DNA from: Chrysochromulina tobinii
Taxonomy: Eukaryota
DNA: 45,482 bases
Assembly: GCA_001275005.1 (NCBI GenBank)
Contig: JWZX01002912.1
Span: 1 to 45,482, forward strand
Reading direction: 5' to 3'
Shown here: positions 32,068 to 40,700 of the stretch, one piece after another
Layout of the letters: every line of letters begins with the position of its first letter
Position numbering within the stretch: the stretch's first letter is position 1
The notes under the pieces: generated by a model
Seen by the model: the letters and a program-made list of their open reading frames with translations, nothing else
The model's database searches: none
What the model was told of the DNA's origin: nothing
Position numbers and translations under genes: made by a program

Positions 32068-35000
32068 ATGCAGCCGGGCGCGTCATCCAAGCAGCTCGTG
32101 CACACGTCGCGCGGGCTGGAGTGGCGCGGCTCGGGCCGGCAGCAGCCGGAGAATCACATCTGTGGTGCCGGTGCCGGCAGCAGCGGCGGCGATGGCCAGC
32201 CTTCGTCGGCGGCAGCAGCTCCAGCAGCTTGCGCCGCGGCCGCCAACGCTGCAGTGGTCCTGCCGCCTCCCGACTCGGTAGTGTACGAGCCTGGCGTGGC
32301 AAACCCGGATGCGCCAGGCTCTGTCGCCGCGCTGGTGAGAGCTCTCAACGCAACGGTACCGAAATCGCCACCGCGGCGGGACCTGCCGCGAACACCGCCG
32401 CGAACACCACCGTCGGCGTCGCCAGCGGTTGGTGGCAGCAGCCGAACCACCAGCAAGACCGTAGCCCAATCCGATCCAGAGGGTTGGTGGGTCTGGCGTG
32501 GCGAAGGAAGCGGAGCCCTTCGACCGCAGGAGATCGACGGCTCGGAGATAAAAGGCTCGGAGATACACGATGTTGACCATGATGTTGCTAACCATTACAT
32601 CTACGACGACCAAGGCTGGTGGTTCGCGAAAGACGAACTCGCGGAGGACGAGCACGCGGAGGACAAGCACGTCGGGAACGAGTCGCATCAGCCCTCTCCA
32701 TTAGCTGCCAAGATGAATTGGACTCGCCTCCGCACCATCCTCAAAAGCCCCCAACGTGGTGGCGGAGGCGAGGAAACGCCTCCGTCAGGTCCGACCATCG
32801 GCCAGGCGTTCGCATTCTCGCTCGGCGTTATGGTACTGCTCTTGGGTGGGCTGTACCTCGCCGCGAAGCATGGCGCCGAGGTCGCCGATAAAGCGCACGC
32901 TCCTACGCCGCCCCCGGCGGTGCACGAGCAGTCGCCGCCCTCGTTGACGCCGTCGGCACAGCTCATGCTCCACCCGCCGTCACCGCCCACTCGATCGCCG
33001 CACCCGCCGATGCCGAAGCCGTTTGCTGTAGCGGCGCGCCCGCCGCCCTCTGCAGCGCCGCGTCCGCCGACACCGGCACCATCGTCTCATCCATCTGCTA
33101 CGCCGCTGCCTACGCCAACACCAGTGCTCGAGCAGCGATGGATCCCGGAGCCGCATGCGCCTCTGGAGCCGTCGCCACCGCCACCGCCACCGCCACCATC
33201 TTTGTCGCCACATCCATCACCGCCTCCGCCGCGGATATTGCCGCCGCCCGAGCCACCGATGCCGGTGGCCCTCACGCGCGAGCCGCCGCCGCCGCCGCCG
33301 CCCTCGCCCTTCACTCCAGAGCCCTCTCCGCCTCCAGAGCCCTCGCCGCCGCCGCCGCCTGTGCCAGAGCCCCCCGAGCCGTCACCCTCGCCGCCCTCGA
33401 CCCTGCATCCGCCGCCGCCACCGTCGCCACCGTCCAATGGTTTGGACACCTATAACCCGCAGGAGCCTCGGTTGGAGGCGTCACCCTTCATGACGCCGCC
33501 ACCGCTGCCACCGCCGCCACCATCCAGTGGGCTGGACTATTTTTACCCGCATGAGCATCGGTGGGAAGAGTCACCCTTCTCTACGCTGCCGCCGCCGCGG
33601 CCCGAGCCACCAGAGCCCTCTCCACCGCCACCACCGAGTCCAGAGCCGCCGGAGCCATCGCCGCTGCCGCCACCGCCGCCGCCGCCACCGCCGCCAAGCC
33701 CCGACCCGCCGGAGCCCTCGCCCCCTCCCCCGCCGCCCAGACCGACGCCACCCGAGCCCTCGCCGCCTCCGCCCCCCCCGCCGGAGCCGCCGGAAATCTC
33801 CTTGAGCTTCTCTCAGCCGGGCGCGCAGCTGCAACAGCAACTGCTGCTGCATCCGCGAGATCAGCAGCTCGACCAGCTGTTCGTGCGACTCGCTGCGCCG
33901 CATCCGCCTGCGCCGCACCCACCTCCACCGCCGCGCCCACCTCCGCCGCCGCCGCCGCCGCCGCCCGCTCTGCTCGGGATGACGCTCGGGGTGATCGGCG
34001 AGGTGCTGCTCGGCGCGGGCCTGGTGATGATCGGCCTTGCGTGTGCATGCTGCCATCAGCACTCGCGCAAGCTCAAGGTGTCATACGAGCCCGACGGCAC
34101 CGAAGGGATGCTCCTCGCGGGAACACGTTTCCGCAGCGACGACTTCCGCAGCGACGACCTCGAGTCGCCATCGCTCACGCTGCCGTCGCCGGCACGCCTT
34201 CGTGCGCACTCGCTAACCAGCGGGCTTACCAGCGCGCGTGCCTTCGTGAGAGTGCCCGTGCGCATAGCCGAGGCGTTCGACCGCTTCGACACCGATCACA
34301 GCGGATACATTGATCGGCGTGAGCTGCGGGCGGTGCTGCACCACTACGGCGTCGACTTGAGCGACCACGGCGTGCTCGCAGTGCTGGCACGCTACGACGC
34401 CGAGCCCAACGGGCTGATGGACCTGCGCGAATTCTCGGAGCTCGTGCGCGACTTGGAGGAGGGCAAGGTGCGGGCGGAGCCCGTGCGGCCCGCCGCGCTG
34501 CCGCCGCCGCCGGTGCCGGCTCCCGCCTCGCCGGCCACGCGCACGATGCCGGTGACGCAACCGCCTCCGCCAGCACCCGCCTCGCCCACGTCAGCGCTGG
34601 CCGCTGCCCCAGCGGCTCTGCCGACCCCGTCGTCACCATTGGTGGTCATTTACGGGGTGCCGCCCGCGTCGCCCATGCCTCCCACATCGCCCACGCCCAT
34701 GCCTTCCCAGCCGCCAGCAGCTCCCCCGACCGCTGCCACCCGGACTAGTGCCTGCAGCAGCGGCATGTACGAGGCAGGATACGAGGCTGGCCTGGCGGCG
34801 TCGATCCACCTCGGCCCTTCTCCCCTCGCCCCCATGTCAACCGCCCCCACCCCGACAACCGCGCCCACCCCGTCGACCCATTTCGTCGAAGGCTTCTTCG
34901 GGACGCCTTCCGGCCAAGCGCCCGACTCGGCGCGGGTGCACGCGCACGCTCGGCTGGGCTTGATCCAAGCGCCGCCGCAGCTCGCGGGCGGCGTCCAGTC

Positions 35001-35730
35001 GCCCGTCACGAGTCCCGCGCGGCCCGAGGCCGTCGACCCACGATCCGCCGCCGAAATGTTTGCGAGCTGGGAGCAGGATTCTGGCGACCGTGTGCGCCGC
35101 CCGACGATGAGCGAAAAGATTCGTAGGGCGAGCGGGCACGGGGAGTTGCGCCTGTCGGCCGAGTACGAGCGCGCGGCCAAGGCGCTTCGGGCCGAGGGCA
35201 AGGAGCTTCTGGGGGTGCTCACGCAGCTCAAGCTGCGCTGCGGCCCCTCCACGCTCAGCTTCAAACCGGGCACGAATGGGCACCGGGTGGGCATCCGACT
35301 GAACTTCGCGCGCAGCCCAGACGCGGGGGACCGTACGGCGCTCATTCGTCTGGCCAACATCGCGGGGCTGCGCAACCCGATCATCGAGCCGGCCGTCGGC
35401 GGCGTGCGCGTCACCTTCATCGAGGACTACCCGCCGCCGCTGCACGACCTGCCGGCGCGGCTGCACGCGCACGCGCACGCCCTCGGCGAAGCGCTGCACG
35501 GTCACCACGAGCGCGCGATCAACCTCTTTTTACTCGTGGCCGAGCACTTTATGGGTGTGCCCACCCATCAGGCCGTTGAGCGCAAGCTGCCATTGGCCTA
35601 CTACGACCTTCCCGCGCGGGTCAAGGGCGAGCACGACCCGGCGCCCGTCTACCCCGAGGTGCCGCCGCTCATGATGGCCGCAGGCTACAGCGCGACCGAG
35701 GCTCCTGCCGATGCGCTGCAGTCGATCTGA
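32068..35730 (+). CDS. Large Pro-rich (extensin-like) protein with two TM segments and an EF-hand pair
   Basis: The TMs AFAFSLGVMVLLLGGLYLAA and LGVIGEVLLGAGLVMIGLACAC flank (EPSPPPP)n tracts. EF-hands are FDRFDTDHSGYIDRRELR and YDAEPNGLMDLREF. Confidence 0.8.
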   Translation: MQPGASSKQLVHTSRGLEWRGSGRQQPENHICGAGAGSSGGDGQPSSAAAAPAACAAAANAAVVLPPPDSVVYEPGVANPDAPGSVAALVRALNATVPKSPPRRDLPRTPPRTPPSASPAVGGSSRTTSKTVAQSDPEGWWVWRGEGSGALRPQEIDGSEIKGSEIHDVDHDVANHYIYDDQGWWFAKDELAEDEHAEDKHVGNESHQPSPLAAKMNWTRLRTILKSPQRGGGGEETPPSGPTIGQAFAFSLGVMVLLLGGLYLAAKHGAEVADKAHAPTPPPAVHEQSPPSLTPSAQLMLHPPSPPTRSPHPPMPKPFAVAARPPPSAAPRPPTPAPSSHPSATPLPTPTPVLEQRWIPEPHAPLEPSPPPPPPPPSLSPHPSPPPPRILPPPEPPMPVALTREPPPPPPPSPFTPEPSPPPEPSPPPPPVPEPPEPSPSPPSTLHPPPPPSPPSNGLDTYNPQEPRLEASPFMTPPPLPPPPPSSGLDYFYPHEHRWEESPFSTLPPPRPEPPEPSPPPPPSPEPPEPSPLPPPPPPPPPPSPDPPEPSPPPPPPRPTPPEPSPPPPPPPEPPEISLSFSQPGAQLQQQLLLHPRDQQLDQLFVRLAAPHPPAPHPPPPPRPPPPPPPPPPALLGMTLGVIGEVLLGAGLVMIGLACACCHQHSRKLKVSYEPDGTEGMLLAGTRFRSDDFRSDDLESPSLTLPSPARLRAHSLTSGLTSARAFVRVPVRIAEAFDRFDTDHSGYIDRRELRAVLHHYGVDLSDHGVLAVLARYDAEPNGLMDLREFSELVRDLEEGKVRAEPVRPAALPPPPVPAPASPATRTMPVTQPPPPAPASPTSALAAAPAALPTPSSPLVVIYGVPPASPMPPTSPTPMPSQPPAAPPTAATRTSACSSGMYEAGYEAGLAASIHLGPSPLAPMSTAPTPTTAPTPSTHFVEGFFGTPSGQAPDSARVHAHARLGLIQAPPQLAGGVQSPVTSPARPEAVDPRSAAEMFASWEQDSGDRVRRPTMSEKIRRASGHGELRLSAEYERAAKALRAEGKELLGVLTQLKLRCGPSTLSFKPGTNGHRVGIRLNFARSPDAGDRTALIRLANIAGLRNPIIEPAVGGVRVTFIEDYPPPLHDLPARLHAHAHALGEALHGHHERAINLFLLVAEHFMGVPTHQAVERKLPLAYYDLPARVKGEHDPAPVYPEVPPLMMAAGYSATEAPADALQSI

Positions 35731-35944
35731 AAGTCACTACACATACGTACGGGAATGGCATACAATCCACAACCCCATGTATGATGGGGCGTACAATTTT
35801 TGTTATACATGTAGTATTAAATACTTTTAATAGTTCAAAGGAGCGCCGCGCCTACATTACACTGACACAGGTGTGTGAAATGAGGGTCGAGAGAAGTGAT
35901 GAACAGCCAATTCACACTCAGTGGATGATCGTCGGAGCTCACAA

Positions 35945-37507
35945 ATGCTGACGCCATTCATTTGCACGGCGCTCTCCTTCTGGGCGCTGCCAGTGCAGCG
36001 ACATTCTGCCGTCGTCGGGCTCCGCACGAGACGGCTGGCCTTGAACGCCGAACCACCCAAGGACTCGACCTCTGTGCCTGCCATGCCCGGTGTGCCCTCA
36101 TTTGAGCAGTTCAAGAAGATGATGCAGACGGACGTGTCACCGGAGAAGCTCAGCGTCGGCGAGAAGGTGCAGGCGGGGATTTCCCAGAGCTGGGTGAACC
36201 CCGCGTACTGGAGCCGCCAGTTTGTGCAGGCGTCGCACATCTCCAACAACGTGCCCAATGCGAGCCGCGTCGTAGAGCTGGGCAAGGACGCCAAGAACCT
36301 GTACTACTTGAACGCTCCGGCCGCGTGCACGCTGATCGTGCCGCCGAGTAACGCGAAGATCGAGGAGGGCCCGATCCGCGAGGCTGCCGCGAAGCTCAAC
36401 GTGCCCTTCACGCTCTGGACGGGCAAACCCCTCGATGAGATACCGCTGCGCCCGGGCGCATTCGACGCAGCTCTCTGCTTTGATATGCTCGATGGTGCGC
36501 CGGAGCAGGCGGCGGCGGGCGCGATCGCCCTGCTGAGCAGCAGCCTCGCGCCCAATGGGAGGCTCCTCTTCCTCGAGCGCGCGACCGTTGGTATGCCCGC
36601 CCTCGCACGCACGTACGGCGGCCTCAGCGTGCAGTTCGATACGGAGGGCGGATTCGACGTGGGCATCGGAACGAAGCCGGGGGTGGGCAAGCCCGGGGGT
36701 GCGAAGCGCAAGGCGGCGGCGGCGGCGGCAGCGGCGCAGCAGCAGCAGTCGGAGCAGGCACGCGCAGCCATGGCCGCCAAGGGAGGCTTTGGCGCCGTCG
36801 TGGGCACTCGGGAGGTGTCGAGGGAGGCGAGGGCGGCGGAGAAGGAGGCGAGGGCGGCGGCGAAGGCGGCGGAGAAGGAGGCGAAGGCGGCGGCCAAGGC
36901 GCAGGCGGAGGCGCAGGCGGAGGCGCAGGCGGAGGCGCAGGCGGAGGCGGAGGTGGCGGCAGCTGAACGGGCGGCGGCGAAGCAGCAGCAGCAGCAGCAG
37001 CAGCGGGCGGCGGCGGAAGCGGCGGCGGCGGCGGCGGCGGAAGCGGCGGCGGCGGCAGCAGAGAAGGCGGCAGCAGAGAAGGCGGCGGTGGAGGCTGCGG
37101 AGGCGGAGGCGCGGAGAGTGGCAGCGGAGACGGCCGCGGCAGAGGCAGCGGCCAAGGAAGCCGCGTTGCGCGCGGCTGCCCAGGCGAAGGCAGCGGCGGA
37201 CAAGGCGGCGGCGGACAAGGCGGCGGCGGACAAGGCGGCGGCGGACAAGGCGGCGGCGGACAAGGCGGCGGCGGAGGAGCAAGGTGCCGTGGCTGCGGCA
37301 GCTCAGGCAGCGGCGGCCGCGCAGGCGGAAGCGGCCGCCGCTGAGGCGGCCGAGGGCGAGTACATGCAGGTGTCATGCCCCAGCGAGCTCGGACCAGATC
37401 GGCTTCTGCGCGTGCAACTGCCCGACGGCCGGCTGTTCGATGTGGCCGTGCCCGAGGGCCTCGCGCCGGGCGACGAGTTTGTGGTTGGGCCGTTTCCGAC
37501 GGTATGA
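35945..37507 (+). CDS. Probably plastid-targeted methyltransferase-11-like protein with Ala/Glu/Lys linker and small C-terminal VPxGxxPG domain
   Basis: Signal-like N-terminus; VVELG, FDAALCFDML, LAPNGRLLFLE; (AAADK)n repeats; C-terminal VQLPDGRLFDVAVPEGLAPGDEFVV. Confidence 0.7.
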   Translation: MLTPFICTALSFWALPVQRHSAVVGLRTRRLALNAEPPKDSTSVPAMPGVPSFEQFKKMMQTDVSPEKLSVGEKVQAGISQSWVNPAYWSRQFVQASHISNNVPNASRVVELGKDAKNLYYLNAPAACTLIVPPSNAKIEEGPIREAAAKLNVPFTLWTGKPLDEIPLRPGAFDAALCFDMLDGAPEQAAAGAIALLSSSLAPNGRLLFLERATVGMPALARTYGGLSVQFDTEGGFDVGIGTKPGVGKPGGAKRKAAAAAAAAQQQQSEQARAAMAAKGGFGAVVGTREVSREARAAEKEARAAAKAAEKEAKAAAKAQAEAQAEAQAEAQAEAEVAAAERAAAKQQQQQQQRAAAEAAAAAAAEAAAAAAEKAAAEKAAVEAAEAEARRVAAETAAAEAAAKEAALRAAAQAKAAADKAAADKAAADKAAADKAAADKAAAEEQGAVAAAAQAAAAAQAEAAAAEAAEGEYMQVSCPSELGPDRLLRVQLPDGRLFDVAVPEGLAPGDEFVVGPFPTV

Positions 37508-37731
37508 GGTTGAGAATACTTATTATTTGGTGTGGATGTTCCGTTGCTTCGGAATCGGATCATCCTAAATCCTTCTTTAAACGACACAGTACGACACACC
37601 AGGCCAAACTGCGAACGAGAGTGCAGAGTCGAGACATCGGACGGCACCACAGAGACCCACAAGCATCGGACCGTAAGCAGGGTCTGACGACACCCAAACG
37701 TGACGCAGGCGCCGTCTCGAGCGCGCTCATC

Positions 37732-40700
37732 ATGGCGACTTCTCTGTCGGCTCGTCTGTTCCTCTACGGCGCGGCCGGCGCCGTCGCGCTCTGCAGCTAC
37801 GTAGTCACGCGGCGCCGGCGTGCTCGAGCTGCCGAATGCGTCCAAGAACCAGAGCCAGGACCGCCGCGGGATCTCGTGGGCTACGGCCGCCGGCCGCCGC
37901 GCGCCGCTTGGCCAGCAGGCGCGGCCCTAGCAGTCAACTTTGCGATCAACATCGAGGAGGGCTCAGAACCGAGCATTCTCGACGGCGACGACAGGTCGAG
38001 CGGGGCACTATGCGAGTGCCCGAGCGAGGCGCCACCCGGCGTGCGCGACCTCGCCGCGGAGAACATGTTTGAGTACGGCTCGAGGGTAGGCATCTGGCGT
38101 TTGCTGCGCGCCTTTGAGCGGCGCTCGGCGCCCGCAACGGCGTTTGCGTGCTCGCTGGCGCTGGAGCGGCTGCCCGAGCTCGCGGCCGCCGTGCGCGACG
38201 GCGTCGCACGCGGCCTCCTCGACGTGTGTTGCCATGGATACCGTTGGGAGGACCATGTCGCGATGGACGAGGCGACGGAGCGATCTCGCATAAAGGCGGC
38301 GGTGGTCTCCCTCACGAGCACGCTCGGGGCGCCGCCCAAGGGCTGGTACTGCCGCACGGCACCCTCGATCCGCACGCGCCGCTTGCTCCTCGAGCACGGC
38401 GGCTTCGAGTACGATTCAGATGCCTACAACGACGAGCTGCCGTATTGGACTCGAGTGGTGACCTCCGATGGCGCCGAGCATTATCACCTGGTACGCGCCC
38501 CGTGATGTCGTTTCTGATGGCGTGTTGATCGCTTTCCGATGGCCTTCTCGAATGGCAGGTGCTTGATCCATACGGCCCGCTGATGACCTTTGATTGCCTC
38601 TTGATTGAAATACAATTGATGACCTCCTTGATTGCCTCCCTCATAGGTGCTGCCATACACACTGTGCACCAACGACTCCAAATTCGCGCCATTGATGACC
38701 TCCTTGATTGCCTCCCTCATCAGGTGCTGCCATACAATCTGTGCACCAACGACTCCAAATTCGCGCCAGGGCGCGCCTTCTCGACGGCAGATGACTTTTA
38801 CAACTTCGTTCGGGCCGCGGTCGATGCTCTGATCGAGGAGGCGGACACGACGGGCGTGCCCCGTATGCTTTCAGTTGGGTTGCACCCGCGTCTCATCGGG
38901 CATCCTGCACGTATCGGGTGAGTGCTCCTAATCGAGAGTGATTGGGGCCGTCATCAGCTGGCCGCCATCAGCTGATTGCTCTTGATCGAGAGTGATTGGG
39001 GCCGTCATCAGCTGGCCGCCATCGGCCGCTCCTGAAGACCCGTGCGATGTCGACCCCGTTGCACCCGCGTCCTTGCGCCCTCGGTGTTCCTGTGCTCGCA
39101 GCGGCTTGCATCAACTGCTCGACTATCTCATCGGGCTCGGTCCGAATCGAGTTTGGCTCGCGAAACGAGCGGACATCGCGTCTCATTGGCGGGCGCATCA
39201 TCCACCACCGGTGCTCGTGCCGAAGGCCGCTGCCCCGGCGGCGGAGGCGACGGAGGCGGGGGCGGCGGCGGCGGCGGTGACGGAGGCGGGGGCGAAGGTG
39301 GCGACGGCGAGTGCGGCGGCGGTGGTGGCGGCGGTGGCGCTGATCGAGGCGATGGTGGCGGTGACGATTGCGGCGACGGAGGTGACGATGGAGGCGGCGC
39401 ATGCGGCGGCGGCGGCGTTGCAGAGGGCGGTGGCCCTCCGTCAACGCCTCCGTCAACGCCTCCGTCAGTATGCCGAATCAGGAAGGCGGATCTACAACCT
39501 CCGCCACAACTTGAGTGCCGCCGCGACCATGAAAGCGTTCATCGACGCCTTTGAGGGAGGGGAGGGGAAGGAGGAGCTGCGGAAGCTGTTCCACTCAATC
39601 GACATCGACGGGAGCGGTGTCGTCTCGTCCAAGGAGTGGGGCAAGGCTATCGGGCAGCACTGGAAGCTGATGGGGCGTTTCTTTGGCGGGCTCACCGTTG
39701 GCGAGGTGGGCCAGATGTTCAAGAAGCTCGACGCGGACGGCTCGGGCGACCTCACGTGGGACGAGTTTGAGACTGCGCTGCAGCAGATGGACTGGAGCGT
39801 GCGGCTCGCTCAGGCCCTCGAGAGCCAATCTGGGGCGGCCGAGCTCAAGGCCTTGTGGGATCGTTTGGACAAGAACGGCGACGGCAAGGTCAGCGGCAAG
39901 GAGTGGGGCTCGGCGGTCCATGAGGACCAGCAGGTGATGGCCAAGTACTTTGGAGGGAAGGACCTCAAAGGGATTGGCAAGATGTTCTCCAAGATCGACG
40001 CCGATGGATCGGGAGATCTCACCTGGGACGAATTCGTCAACGGCTCGATTCGGCTCGTGCACTTGCCTAATTTGGACGAATTCGTCAAAGGCTCGATTCG
40101 GCTCGTCGCCGTCGCTACCGGCGACGCAGCCGGCGACGAGGCCGACGATGCCACTGCCGCGTCCTCGTCGGAGCTGCTCGATGCGAGATCTCGCGAGCAC
40201 CAGGGAGATCTCACCTCTTCGGAGCTGCTCGAGGCGAGATCTCGCGAGCTCCAGGGAGATCTCACCTCTTCGGAGCTGCTCGAGGCGGCGCCCTCTGCGC
40301 CGCCGCCGCCGCCCGTGCCGCGCCCCCATCTGCCATTCACGGGCCCCAGGCTGTTGATCACCGGAGGTGGAGGGTTCGTGCTTTCGCACGTCGTCGTGGC
40401 GTGGCTCGCCCAGGACGACGCGTCCCAAACCGACCTCACTGATGGATTGGCGCAAGGCGCCCAGGACGACGCACCTGCCGCCGCCACGCCCGCCGCCGCC
40501 ACGCCCGCCGCGAGGAGCGCTTCGAAAAAGGCGAGCGCGGCGTCTCCCCTCTCGAGCTGCGTCGTCTTCGATCGGCACTTCGACGCCGCCGCGCTCGCCT
40601 TCTTACGCGAAGCCCTCGCGAGCGGCCGGCTGCAGCTCTTCACAGGCGACGTGGGCGACGTTCACAGCTGGTCCCAGCTGGTCGACGCACACGGATCGCA

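Noticed and set aside
36137..37568. Long overlapping Arg-, Ser/Ala- or Pro-rich ORFs (also 5011-6043, 17562-18599, 29401-30192 and others)
   Set aside because: These are antisense or shifted-frame shadows of GC-rich low-complexity genes.
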